Part shown: in pieces, positions 1 to 13,744 of the stretch
Layout: each line of letters begins with the position of its first letter
Position numbering within the stretch: the stretch's first letter is position 1
From: Eledone cirrhosa
Taxonomy: Eukaryota
Length of the DNA stretch: 64,000 bases
Direction of reading: 5' to 3'
NCBI GenBank assembly: GCA_964016885.1
Contig: OZ024744.1
Coordinates: 33,108,001-33,172,000 of the forward strand
Translations under genes and position numbers: made by a program
Notes under the pieces: generated by a model
Seen by the model: the letters and a program-made list of their open reading frames with translations, nothing else
What the model was told of the DNA's origin: nothing
Databases searched by the model: none

Positions 1-185
1 TACGGACAAAACCTAACAGCAAGGTATTCCGAGTTAGACTCTGAGAAAGATGGTTGCGTAACATCCTTGAGCTTAACTGGTCTCGCTTGGGGATCTAGCC
101 GGATCAGTTGGACACAGTTGCTTCTGGCAGGAACCACTAGGAGGAGGATTTAAGGACTCTGCCTCCATGAAGGGGCGAAGAAGAA
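1..185 (+). mobile_element. RTE-clade LINE 3' end fragment (decayed)
   Basis: Translates as ...ERWLRNILELNWSRLGI*PDQLDTVASGR..., resembling the RTE ORF C-terminus, and is followed by a short GAA tail. Homologous to 51478-51625. Confidence 0.55.
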
Positions 186-668
186 AAAGGATATTTCATC
201 TGATTTGGGGAGAGGATGTTTTATAGCTATGATAACAATCGTTCCTGCGTTTGGAATATCTATGAATACACGATCGCATAGCTGATCTACCAGTTATACC
301 ACAATACACACATACGTCCCCACACAAAAAATGGGGCCGACGTTTATATATATATAACTTTTCATCTCACATACCACAACAAAATTGTTTTTGGCATATC
401 GCCAGTCTTGAAAGCACATCGATACTGGAGTCGGGTCCATAACTTCGATGGGATACCTAGAGCCAATCGTCTGTGAAACGCACGTAACAGGTCAATGCAG
501 AATAACTATTTTTTTATATGTAAACGAAACTTATTCGGTTTTAATTCTATTATATATATACTGTATATATACATATATATCTATATGTGTGTTTGAGAGA
601 GAGAGAGGGTGTGTATATATGCATGTATATATATTATATATATATGTATATATATATATATATAAATA

Positions 669-747
<79 letters not shown>

Positions 748-753
<6 letters not shown>

Positions 754-1356
754 AGATCAAAAGATGGTTAAAAGAGTTCCAAGTATTTTATTATGCGCAT
801 TTCAAAAACAAATATCATCATGAGATGATATCTGCGTTTTCATCAACTTTTAATTTCAAATTCTTTTAAATTATCTTTTATCTTCCAACGGCTTTTTAAC
901 TTCTCTCTGTGAGACAATATATATTTTTCTCAGTTGTAAAGGCTATCTCTCTCTGTCTATCACCCATCTCTCCTCTTCTCTCATCCTTCCTTCTTATACT
1001 CCCCCCCCACCATTCTTTACTCTCATTTCCTCCTCTTCCTTACCCTTTCCAACCCCCCCTCACTTTTTCCCAATATCACCCATCAATCTTAAATCATTTT
1101 TCATATGTTGATTTAAAACTTCACTATTCACAAGTGTTTTTTAACCTTCATATCATGTATCCCTATTTCATCTGATGAAAACGCAGATATCATCTCAGGA
1201 TGATATTTGTTTTTGAAATGCGCATAATAAAGTACTTGGAACTCTTTTAACCATCTTTTGATCTTATATTATTTATACTCCAGTCCTACAAACTGTAGAG
1301 TGCTACTTATCCGATATTTGCATTGCTTTATTGTGCTACAATAAAACTCACCTCCT
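748..1356 (+). mobile_element. PLE-type short insertion with inverted 5' copy and hammerhead
   Basis: 751-845 is the reverse complement of ~1173-1267. The plus copy carries an extra 3' tail. Flanked by (TA)n and (CA)n. Confidence 0.7.
1166..1232 (+). ncRNA. Minimal type I hammerhead ribozyme
   Basis: CTGATGA at 1172, long stem II (AAACgcAGATATCAT/ATGATATTTGTTT), then GAAA-TGCGCA-TA with a palindromic loop III. Stem I is imperfect. Confidence 0.75.
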
Positions 1357-1403
<47 letters not shown>

Positions 1404-1501
1404 CATATATACATATATACACATATATGAGCGGAACAAGTAAACATTAAACAATCTTTTAAATAAATTAAAATACGATTTAAATATTTACATCTTCTAG
1501 T

Positions 1502-1565
1502 GCCATGACCGACGGTTTCGCTTATCAGAGAATTTCCAATGGAAAGGTATAGCTCTTCAGATAGC
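1502..1565 (-). ncRNA. Type I hammerhead ribozyme
   Basis: Minus strand reads GCTAT-CTGAAGA-GCT...AGC-GAAA-CCGTCGG-TC-ATGGC. Stem I is GCUAU/AUGGC. Confidence 0.8.
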
Positions 1566-1872
1566 TTTTCCAAACCTACTAGATATAAATCCACGTAGAT
1601 GTGGGTGTGTCGCTTTCTGCCCGGTGAATGAATCAAGCCGTTAAAATGACCACCACACAAATGGGCTGTTAGAAAGAGCGGGAATTATAGACTCGTTGAT
1701 ATTTCATGTTACTAGAAATAGCAGCATGATACAACATTTTTTCTCTACATTAAGGAGAATTCAGATAAATGACATAGATATTCCAGTAGGTATTAAGTAC
1801 CCACGGAAATATATATGGTGTCTATATTTCTCTCACATAAGATTATGTTGAACGCTTTATATATATATATAC

Positions 1873-1961
<89 letters not shown>

Positions 1962-1967
<6 letters not shown>

Positions 1968-2053
1968 GTAAACAGAAAAAACATAAATAACAAAACAAAC
2001 GGCACAGTACATTGTAGAGATATATTAGTTTAACGCTTGAAATAGCAGAAAGA

Positions 2054-2055
<2 letters not shown>
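1962..2055 (-). mobile_element. 3' tail of (CA)n-associated HHR element family
   Basis: Similar to 18568-18720, 53941-54110 and (reverse) 14317-14372; always next to a (TG)n/(CA)n tract. Confidence 0.5.
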
Positions 2056-2095
<40 letters not shown>

Positions 2096-2372
2096 ACAGA
2101 CTTGTATTGTAGAAACTAAGGTGGTTTCCGGTGTTTTAGTAACAGAAAGGTATATAAACATGTATTATGAGTCTTTCTTTTTTTTTTTTAAATTAGATTC
2201 ATTTTTTTTCAAATAATTTTATTTCATTAAATATTTTATCAATGTTAACCTGGTGGAGCTTCTCTGTAAAATATCGGTTCCAGGAATTTTGTTAAAATAG
2301 TTGTATAACGGTTTAATAAGAAACAAACCACTGGTTTATTATTTTATTAGCCTTATTTTATTAGCCTTAATA

Positions 2373-2765
2373 GCCGAGGTTAACTTAGCCTTTCATCCTT
2401 ACGTGGTCGATAAAATAAAGTACCAATAATGTACTGGGGTTGATTAATTGACTTTCCCCTCCCCTCGAAATTATTGGCCTTGTGCCTATAATAGAAACCA
2501 TTTTATAGAAAGACTAATAATTGTTTGTGCTTTTGGCACAAGGCCAGCAATTATCCCCAGTACATTACTGGTATTTTATTTTATCGACCACGTAGGGATA
2601 AAAGGCAAAGTTAACCTCGGCGGGATTTGAACTCAGAGACTAATAATGGGCAGTGGATTGGCAGTGCCAGTAGAGGGTCGGGCGTCATGTTTTGCAGCAT
2701 AGAGTTACGGCCTTTTACGGCTTGAGTTCAAATCCCGCCGAGGTTAACTTTGCCTTTCATCCTTA
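2373..2765. mobile_element. Cluster of three partial tRNA-derived SINEs (Meta/MESC-domain-like)
   Basis: B-box GAGTTCAAATCCC followed by GCCTTTCATCCTTAC..GGTCGATAAAATAAAGTACC; copies on both strands. Confidence 0.7.
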
Positions 2766-2869
2766 TTTTCTTTCTTTTTATCGAACTCATCGTCCTTCTG
2801 TGTCATGAATCAAAGTTAGAAATAATGTTGTGAAGTACTTTATTACACCAACAGCGGCAGTATCAATAA

Positions 2870-2982
2870 CAGAAACAACAACAAACAACAAAAATAACCA
2901 CAACAATAACAACAACAACAACAACAACAACAACAGAAACAGCAACAACACTATCAGCAGTAAAATATCCACTGGTGGTGCC

Positions 2983-3036
<54 letters not shown>

Positions 3037-3250
3037 ATACACTGGTGGTGCCAACAACAACAACAACAACAACAACAAAAATATACACTGGTGGTACCAA
3101 GGAAGAAACAACTGTGGAGTAGAAGAGAGATATTCCATTATTGCCGGATTGAAAAGTGGAAATAATTAAATAAACAAATAAACAAATAAATAAACAAATA
3201 AATAAACAAATAAATAAATAAATAAATAAGTGAATAAATAAATAAATAAA
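2870..3250. repeat. (AAC)n with repeated ACTGGTGGT spacer, then (AAAT/AAAC)n
   Basis: Read directly from the sequence. Confidence 0.85.
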
Positions 3251-3402
3251 TGCGGGTGGAGATTGAACGTGGTGCAGACACTCATCTATCAAAAGATATG
3301 GCGGAATGACAAACACCTCCTCCATTTCCGGAATAAAGTAATAAGAAGTTTCAACAAAATAGAAAAGAAAACTAAAAAAAAAAAAAACACCCTTATCCTT
3401 AT

Positions 3403-5185
<1,783 letters not shown>

Positions 5186-5234
5186 GTATGTATGTATACG
5201 TACATACATATATGTATACAGACGTACAGTAGCA

Positions 5235-5296
<62 letters not shown>

Positions 5297-5468
5297 CATA
5301 TACACATATGCATACAGGTACACATCCATATATGCACGCATCAGTTTAGCCGACGTTTATTATAACGCCTGCTTTGTTCGTTTGTTTGTCAACAAACTGA
5401 ACAGCCTGAATTTATGCCATACGGTGTTAAGGCAACCACGTCACCTTTTTGTTCAACACTGACACAGG

Positions 5469-5513
5469 AACGATGTACTAGTTTCAAGCTTGTTAGCTAT
5501 CATCAGCACCGTT
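5469..5513 (-). ncRNA. Minimal type I hammerhead ribozyme
   Basis: AACGGTG-CTGATGA-T-AGCT AACA AGCT-T-GAAA-CTAG-TA-CATCGTT. 7-bp stem I and palindromic CUAG loop. Confidence 0.85.
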
Positions 5514-5747
5514 TACCCATCTGCCAGATAGTTGAACGTTCGAAAGTATATACTTTCCTTATGAAAATTAACGGCTGAGCAGCCTAATTTGCATATTGAG
5601 TGAGTTAAATCGGTCAGGCATACCGAAAACGATAAGTTGAAAAAAATGAAAACGAAATTTCATTTCTCACTCTTAGTATGGCACTTACTTAACTGTAAGT
5701 ATGTATGTATACGTACATACATATATGTATACAGACGTACAGTAGCA

Positions 5748-5809
<62 letters not shown>

Positions 5810-5975
5810 CACATATGCATACAGGTACACATACATATATGCACGCATCAGTTTAGCCGACGTTTATTATAACGCCTGCTTTGTTCGTTTGTTTGTCAAC
5901 AAATCGAACAGCCTGAATTTATGCCATACGGTGTTAAGGCAACCACGTCACCTTTTTGTTCAACACTGACACAGG

Positions 5976-6020
5976 AACGATGTACTAGTTTCAAGCTTGT
6001 TAGCTATCATCAGCACCGTT
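5976..6020 (-). ncRNA. Minimal type I hammerhead ribozyme (second tandem copy)
   Basis: Identical to 5469-5513. Confidence 0.85.
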
Positions 6021-6661
6021 TACCCATCTGCCAGATAGTTGAACGTTCGAAAGTATATACTTTCCTTATAAAAATTAACGGCTGAGCAGCCTAATTTGCA
6101 TATATATATATGTGTATATCCTATGTGTGTTTTTGCGTGTCTGTGCCTCATAATGTGAATACATTTAGTAACAAAATTTACATATAGCTGTATGTATTCT
6201 CTGCCTGTCCAATTCTGATATGATTTTACATAATTTTCGCTACAATAAGAGGAAATGTTTGAATGTCTTTCGACCATCCCGGTGACCATCTTCAGAGTTA
6301 TGAATTAGAAATTGAACGTTTTGAATATTTTGTTGTGAAATGCATGGGAAATTTTGTCAAAAGTTGCACATGTAATTGTTGACTATCTTCTATACCAGGG
6401 GTCGTCAACCCCCGGCCCACCGGCCACATCCCGCTGTCAAGGATCTTTATCCTGCCCGCCAACAGGTTTCAATCTTAGTCTAGGCGAACCCTGAAAAAGT
6501 ACACTGAATAATTATTGGATTAGAAAACCGACTAGAGAACACGTCTAGCCACAAGACTTGGGTGAAGTTAATGTTTTAACTTGGCAGTAACAAACTGAGA
6601 TAGAATAGTCAGACCTCGGGGTCAAGAGGAGTGTATGTCAGTGTATATATATATATATATT

Positions 6662-6935
6662 AGAAATAAGAGGGATCAGATGTTGTTTACTCGAGAGAAG
6701 GCTACGTTGGTACGGACACGTGATGCGCATGAAAGTCGATAGCTGTATAACAAAGTGCAGGGCAATAAAGATAGACGGTAGCCACGGAATAGGCAGACCT
6801 AGAAAATCCTGGGACGAGCTGATAAACTCCGACCTCACGCACTTACACCTCTCCAAGACAATGTCACTGGACCGAGACCTTTGGCGGTACTCAGTAATAG
6901 AGAAGACCCGCCTTACCTAAATACAAAGTAAAACC
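6662..6935 (+). mobile_element. RTE-clade LINE 3' fragment nested in the MITE
   Basis: RLRWYGHVMRM...GRPRKSWDELINSDL...DRDLWR, the RTE ORF C-terminal motif. Confidence 0.8.
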
Positions 6936-7061
6936 TACTACAGCCAGTAGGCATCTCTAACAAAATACATATATACTATGTGTATGGCAGGGATGTGGAA
7001 TGAACCAGACTTACCAACAAGTCAGTGTGTCTGTTATACAGGTCAAGGGGACTGTATGTAA

Positions 7062-7133
<72 letters not shown>

Positions 7134-7465
7134 TATGTGTATGGCAGGGATGTGGAATGACCCAGACCTACCTAAAATAAATCAACGTGTCTTACATATA
7201 GTTATTTCGTTTCATCCTCAAAATATTTCATTTGAGTTAGCTGCTAGTAAAACTTCTGTAAGTGACTGTATTTGATAATAATCAATGTTTATTTAGTTTT
7301 TTGCTAAAAGTTTTCAGTAAAGGTTTTCATCGAACAAATGGCAACCCTGATCTAAACACACCGCCAGGTGGTGTGATTTTGTCACAGTTTATTTAAAATA
7401 TCATAGTATTTTATCATATTACTATAATAGTTTTCACATATGTTCTCATTACTTATCTGATATCA

Positions 7466-7873
7466 TGGCCCGCCGACGAGACACTGCATAGCTATGTGGC
7501 CCACCGACGAGACACTGCATAGCAATGTGGCCCGCCGACGAGACACTGCATAGCAATGTGGCCTGCCCATGAGACACTGCATAGCTATGTGGCCTGCCCA
7601 TGAGACACTGCATAGCTATGTGGCCTGTCCATGAGACACTGTATAGCTATGTGGCCCGCCGACGAGACACTGCATAGCTATGTGGCCCACCGACGAGACA
7701 CTGCATAGCAATGTGGCCTGCCCATGAGACACTGCATAGCTATGTCGTCCGCCGACGAGACACTACATAGCAATGTGGCCTGCCCATAAGACACTGTATA
7801 GCTATGTGGCCCACCGACGAAACACTGCATAACAATGTGGTCCGCCGACGAGACACTGCATAGTTATGTGGCC
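7466..7873. repeat. 31-bp minisatellite, ~13 units
   Basis: Unit GTGGCCCGCCGACGAGACACTGCATAGCTAT, with a GTGGCCTGCCCATGAG variant. Confidence 0.9.
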
Positions 7874-8452
7874 ATCACACCCTAAAAATGTTGCCGACAC
7901 CTGTTAAACTCACAAAGTATTTCGACAAAGAAGGTATGGGTATATTAATGGGTGTTTTTGTTTATCTGAAAATCACCTAGAGGTGCCCATTGAAATTCCG
8001 TTTAATGTTTTCTGGGCTGTTTTTATTGTTGTTGATATTTTTTGTTGTTCAATAGCCACCGGCCAGCCGTAAGTTCGAACATCAATGACTCAACTTGTCC
8101 CAGTCTGACTAGAATATTCTTCCCGTAGATTGTGGTCACCATTATAAAATGTATGTCTTTCTTTCTTTGTGAAGCAAATTTGTTAAACACGTAGCTATGT
8201 TTGCGATTGTGTAAAAAGGAAATATCCGAAACAAACACACACACACACATACACAGAGCCCTCCGCCCTACACATACACATATACAGACACAGAGACACG
8301 GGACAGACTCAGAGACACGGGACGGGCACACACACAGATACACACAGAACCCCTCCTCCCCCCACACACACACATACATACACACACACACGTACACACA
8401 CGGACACAGAGACACGGGAAAGGCACAGACACAGAGATACACACAAACCCAC

Positions 8453-8484
<32 letters not shown>

Positions 8485-8555
8485 GACACAGAGACACGGG
8501 ACAGGCACATACACAGAGATACACATCGCCGCCACCACCACCACCCCATCACCCC

Positions 8556-8716
8556 CATTATCCCAGTGTATTACTGGTACTTTATTTTCTCGACCCCGTA
8601 AGGATGAAAGGCAAAGTTAATCTCGGCGGGATTTGAACTCAGATCATAAAGGGCAGTAACTCTATGCTGCAAACATGGCGCGTCCGACCCTCTACTGATA
8701 CTGCCAATCCACCGCC
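8556..8716 (-). mobile_element. tRNA-derived SINE (Meta/MESC-like)
   Basis: Reverse B-box GGGATTTGAACTC plus the GGATGAAAGGCAAAG domain. Confidence 0.75.
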
Positions 8717-8742
8717 CTCAATGAAATGTAATAACAATATAC

Positions 8743-8910
8743 GCAGTGGAGACGTCTGGTGTCCCTGGCCCTAGGACCACCTCCCTACTCACCACAATCG
8801 TCACGGAGTTGGCTACCCACAGGTGTGAGCCTCACGAACTGGAATAACTCTTCCAGCACGTCTCCCTCACCATCTTCCGGGGAAACCCCATCTCTATGCT
8901 GTCCACTGAG
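8743..8910 (+). pseudogene. CRE-like non-LTR retrotransposon C-terminal (restriction-like endonuclease) fragment
   Basis: AVETSGVPGP...E*LFQHVSLTIFRGN resembles the ETxG...LFQRLSIAIQRGN end of RLE-type elements; one internal stop. Confidence 0.6.
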
Positions 8911-8956
8911 GCCACGAGTCAGCCAGTGCGTGAGCTCACGTTTGCTTATAATAGTG

Positions 8957-9090
8957 AGAGATGGGAAGAGCGAGAGAGACGGGGGCATGAGTGAAAGAGA
9001 GAGATGGGGAGAGCGAGAGAGACGGAGGCATGAGTGAAAGAGAGAGATGGGGAGAGCGAGAGAGACGGAGGCATGAGTGAAAGAGAGAGC
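8957..9090. repeat. ~42-bp purine-rich tandem repeat, 3 units
   Basis: GAGATGGGGAGAGCGAGAGAGACGGAGGCATGAGTGAAAGA repeated. Confidence 0.8.
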
Positions 9091-9239
9091 ATCAACGGAC
9101 AGAGACGTAACTGGAAGAATGATCACAGTTCACGAAAACAAATGATACAAGAAAAAACAAAAAAAACTGCTGCCCCAGGCTTGATCCGGTTTAAGACTAT
9201 ATTGTTATAGATGTATGGAAAGTTTATTCATAATAATAT

Positions 9240-9500
9240 GGTAAAGGTAAATGGTAAAATCCCCCTTCGGTCACGAATGACCATGGGATCTGCACCTAGA
9301 AAATTCCACTTCAAGGCACAAGCCCGGGCAAGTTTGCGGAAGACCAGCAGTAACCCATGCATACCATCCGCCTCTTTCCACGCCACTGTATCAGCCTTAG
9401 CTTTTCCATTTGTAGGAACCCAATGCATCACCCGGTCTGAGAATCGAACTCACAACCTCATGATTGCAAACCCAATGCTCTAACTAACCACTAAGCCATA
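9240..9500 (-). mobile_element. tRNA-derived SINE (second family)
   Basis: Reverse tRNA head (GAATCGAACTCAC...CCACTAAGCCA) with a (TTTACC)n-type tail. Confidence 0.6.
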
Positions 9501-10077
9501 AGCCATTAATATGGTACTCGGGTGAGAAATTAGTAAATGACAATTTGAACTGGAGGTGGAATTGAAGAAAGCTAGAATTTCAATGGAGAAGAACGTGACC
9601 TAGTTGACCTGGGTCTCTGAGAACCACTGCTGCAAATTGATGAAGTAGTGAAAACTGATGATCTCAGGATGTTGAAAACTCACGGATGAGATGAGAAACG
9701 ACTGTGCCAATTGCTGGCAACATGCGGTGCTCGGGAACCATGGCTAAACGGTTGTGGTTATGGTGGTGTTGTTGTTGTTGTTGTTGTTGTTTGTGGTGGT
9801 GGTGGTGGTTGTGGTGGTGGTGGTGATAGCGACGGCAGCGGCATGGTGGGGGTGGTGCTGGTGGTTGGGATCCCATATATATATATATATATATATATAT
9901 CTACATTGGGTCGGTCTTTCACTCATTAACTTCCTGTTAACAATTCCCACCCTACATCCCTCCTCATTACCCTTCTCTTTCCCTCTCTCTCCTGTAATTT
10001 CAATTATCTTCTTCCTCCTCCTCTTCCTCCACCTCCTTTTACATTTCCTCAGTTTTAATATTGGCTTATTTACATAT

Positions 10078-10256
10078 AATTGTTTCTACTTTAGGCACAA
10101 GGCCAGCAATTACTCAGTACATTACTGGTACTTTATTTTATCGACCCCGTAAGGATGAAAGGCAAAGTTAACCATGGCGGGATTTGAACTCAGACCATAA
10201 AGGGCCGTAACTCTTTGCTGCAAAGCATGGCGTCCGACCCTCTACTGATACTGCCT
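10078..10256 (-). mobile_element. tRNA-derived SINE (Meta/MESC-like)
   Basis: Same family as 8556-8716 and 28560-28742. Confidence 0.75.
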
Positions 10257-10532
10257 TACATATAATATAAGCCTGCCTAGCTACTATAGCAATGTTCACA
10301 CACACACACACATATATATATATCGACAGTCGATCCACAAGATCCCAGACGTCCTTCGCTTAACGAGTGGGTGGATCTCCTGAAATCGGTCTTTCAAGTC
10401 AGGAGTAACGTGAAATAAAGTGTCTTGGACACAACACATCATCGGGTATGGGAGTCGAACTAATAACCTCACGAATGCGAATATCCAATTCTCTAATCGT
10501 TCGGCACGCACCTTCAGTATATATATGTGCAA

Positions 10533-10619
<87 letters not shown>

Positions 10620-10623
<4 letters not shown>

Positions 10624-10931
10624 TACATGGGGAGGGTCATATTTGTGTAATAATATTGCCACTGTTTGGTTGGTTTTCGCTTCTGTATCTTTTATATCAG
10701 TTAATTTAATTTATTCGGTCCTCAATGTTGCCATTGACTGACCAACGGTCAAAAATACAGATATAATATAGACACAAACATATATATATAGTCTAATAAA
10801 TTTCTTTCGTTGCACATCTGCAACATCGTCAGTGGTGCTATTATGTTTTCTCCCGTTGTATTGTATGCCTACGCCATCTTTAACAATACTTGTTTCGACA
10901 CACGATTGCATATAAAAAACCTCGCAAAACT
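10620..10931. mobile_element. Solo pLTR of the 20-26 kb Penelope family (inverted pLTR plus tail)
   Basis: Matches 20213-20520. The end (10883-10931) is the reverse complement of the 20170-20215 tail. HHR-like motif at ~10797-10835 (-). Confidence 0.75.
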
Positions 10932-10950
10932 ATATATATATATATATATA

Positions 10951-11178
10951 TTTATTCAGGTTTGAGGTTCACTACTGTATAGAGCTGGTCTATTCCGTAT
11001 GGTCAATCGTAATGCAATAATATAGAGAGTACTCAACGTAAAGCAGTTCAACCGTCTTTGTTTTTGTAGTTGGTGGTGCTATTACGGAGTTAAATATTAT
11101 AATGAAATGACAGGAGGCTGGATTTGTGTAAATCCTTGAAAGGTTTATTATACTATGATCATTTCAAGTGTAGTATAC
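10951..11178 (-). mobile_element. PLE-type pLTR tail
   Basis: Homologous to 39360-39570 and 62123-62360. Confidence 0.65.
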
Positions 11179-11190
11179 TATGATCATTTC

Positions 11191-11470
11191 ATGTTAAGTG
11201 TTAATTGAACAAGTACTTTCATGCTTTCGCAATCTTCAGGTTTATAATGTGTGGTGACAGTCATGTTTGCAATGTTCAACTGTGTTGAAAATTGCAAACA
11301 TGACTGTCACCACACATTATGAACCTGAAGATTGCGAAAGCATGAAAGTACTTGTTAAATTAACACTTAACATTTAATATTCTATCATACTATTTCATTA
11401 TAATATCATTATAAATTTTAAAGGATTGTAAATAATACGAGTAAATCAGACAAAGTTGGAATTCCTCTTA

Positions 11471-11475
<5 letters not shown>
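11191..11475 (+). mobile_element. Fold-back PLE-type insertion with two opposed hammerheads
   Basis: Hairpin 11191-11373 centred near 11282. HHR GAAC-CTGAAGA-TTGC GAAA GCAT-GAAA-GTAC-TT-GTT at 11320-11358 (+), mirrored at 11206-11245 (-). Same family at 46480-46677. Confidence 0.75.
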
Positions 11476-11516
<41 letters not shown>

Positions 11517-11732
11517 AATACACACACACACACACACATATAGATGTGAGTATGTGTGTGTGTTAAGTATTTCCGTAGAAAAGGTAAAGGAAAAAGGAGT
11601 GCTCTATGTAGAGTACAGAGCTATTTAATTAGAAAGTGAACAACACAATATAATTATTATATGGAATAAGTATATATATTTATATATCTGTGTGTGCGTG
11701 TGTATGTGTGTGTGTGTGCGTGTGTGTATGCT

Positions 11733-11769
<37 letters not shown>

Positions 11770-12716
11770 TAAACGGACGGTAGTCCGTTCAGTAATATTG
11801 TTGTGGTCGTGTTTTCGTTGGCAATCGTCTGTTTACGACAGTACAGCGCGGCTCTACTTTATTTAACTGAGATAAAACTTATATGAGCATGAACAGTAGA
11901 TCATTACGCATCTTTTGGCTTAAAAATCTAGAAATTTGGTCCAACGGGAAAAAGTTTATAATCAAAGTTTGCTGATAAATCTTGTGTTCAAGTGAGTAAG
12001 TAGTAAGCGTGACGCTAGGGGAGGTAACTACGAGGTAATTACAAGGGGAGGTAATTACGAGTCTCTCTCTATTATTTAATATATTTCAAATTGTATTTTT
12101 AACTAAACTCATTTATCATAGTCTAATATTTTAAAAATAGGTGAGTGCTCCACGATGATGACCCATGTCCCCGCCATGTGGAGGGGATGCTTAGTAGCCA
12201 TCCAGATATCATGTGACCATTTTTGGTTCGCGGTGTCCACATGATATCTGGATGGCCCTTTATACTAATTAGTCATTTATCTGCATAAAAATTATACCAG
12301 ATCATTCTGATTATTGGCTTGAAATCTTTTACAAAATTAGTATGAGCAACTTTTTGAAGTTTTCATCACAGCATTTTGGGGGATTTTAAATAAAAGTTAA
12401 TATCATAATTCTTATTTTGTATACCCACATTGCAGATACAGAGAAACATGACAATCCTATATAAAGGTCGTAGACAGCAGTATCAGTTTTTATCCGTAAC
12501 ACCAATGAAATGCACAAGTTTCACGAATTCACTATTATGCACTAATCATCTCAAATGCATTCATGATTTACTAGCTTTGTCATTAAGCCAGTTGCCTCAA
12601 CTAGATTGCAATTATACTCAAAAGAACTTTAAAATGTCAATCACTTGTCAGTAATTCACTATGATCATTTAATTATTAGATAGTTGTTGCTTGCATTGCC
12701 TTAAAAAATAGTAGAT

Positions 12717-13740
12717 CAGATAGAAAAATGCGTACAGAAAAAAAAAAGTAATATTGTTGGAATATAAACCTTTAAAAATACAGGACAAGAAACTAAAATA
12801 AAACTTTAAAAGAATAGGACAAGAAACTAAGATAAAACTTTAAAGAATTGGACAAGAAATAAAAAATTTTACAATAATATTAGTGGCAACATTTTTTTAT
12901 TCGTTTCCTGTGCTATGCCCCAGTATCTTCTTGATTAGTGCATAATAATTGCCATGCTCTCATTGTGCGTTGCCCCTGAGCGGTTGGTTCTGGTTGGGGT
13001 TGGTTGGCTGAGCAGTTCTGCTCCGTCAAAATGACCAATGCAAGAAGAATTGGCCGATGCAGCTGCAGGTCTCCTCCAAGAATGCACTTCTGGTCCCGCA
13101 ACACCAGACGAAGATGGAGAAGACGACCGGGACAAGATGTCGACTCTGAACACCGACTACGGCACCTCCCTCAACCACCGGTCCTCCCTCCCTCAGTCCC
13201 GTCATCCCTCCAGTCCTCCTGCTCCCCCTTCCTGTACCAGAAAGCTGTGGCACGCATTCATCTGGACTGCCGGACTTGATCTCAAGGACAAGATGCAAGG
13301 AGAAGATGGACGGGTTGGTCAAGATCAAGGATGAGCGGGACGACAAGACCGTCCGCTGCTGCTCAAGATCTGTGCTCATGGGCCCATGGGTCCATTCACA
13401 TTATGCATGACAGATGAGGCGTGTCGCCGAATGATGAAATAGGGATATGGTTATGGCCCAATTGGTGTTCAAACCAGGATCAAATGATCCCCCCGGTCTG
13501 ACGACGACCTCTGAATGTGAAACCCAGAGCCTATGAATGTGGATCTCGATTTTTTACCAATAAAAATTTTGCCACTAATATTATTGTAAATTTTTTTATT
13601 TCTTGTCCAATTCTTTAAAGTTTTATCTTAGTTTCTTGTCCTATTCTTTTAAAGTTTTATTTTAGTTTCTTGTCCTGTATTTTTAAAGGTTTATAATCCA
13701 ACAATATTACTTTTTTTTGCTGTACGCATTTTTCTATCTG
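12717..13740. mobile_element. Long-TIR (foldback/Mutator-like) element with GC-rich insert
   Basis: ~180-bp TIRs (12717-12897 and 13561-13740) contain ~36-bp GGACAAGAAACTAA repeats. No TSD seen. Confidence 0.6.
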
Positions 13741-13744
13741 GTAT

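Larger units (their letters stand above)
5186..6103 (-). mobile_element. ORF-less 507-bp tandem unit (1.8 copies) with one hammerhead per unit; retrozyme-like
   Basis: Near-identical direct repeat at offset 507 with HHRs at 5469-5513 and 5976-6020. Same family at 13745-14318 and 19268-19910. Confidence 0.75.
6396..7903. mobile_element. hAT/Charlie-like non-autonomous DNA transposon (MITE)
   Basis: Ends CAGGGGTCGTCAAC and GTTGCCGACACCTG form a 12/14 TIR, with subterminal GGCCC/GTGGCC motifs. No clean 8-bp TSD. Confidence 0.6.

Noticed and set aside
2830-3165. Asn/Gln-rich ORF resembling a prion-like protein
   Set aside because: It is (AAC)n microsatellite with no splice or domain evidence.
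6255-6300. HHR-like CTGAAGA...GAAA on the minus strand
   Set aside because: Stems I and II do not pair convincingly; at best a decayed copy.
7466-7873. CRISPR-like 31-bp periodicity
   Set aside because: There are no unique spacers and no cas genes, and the context is eukaryotic; it is a minisatellite.
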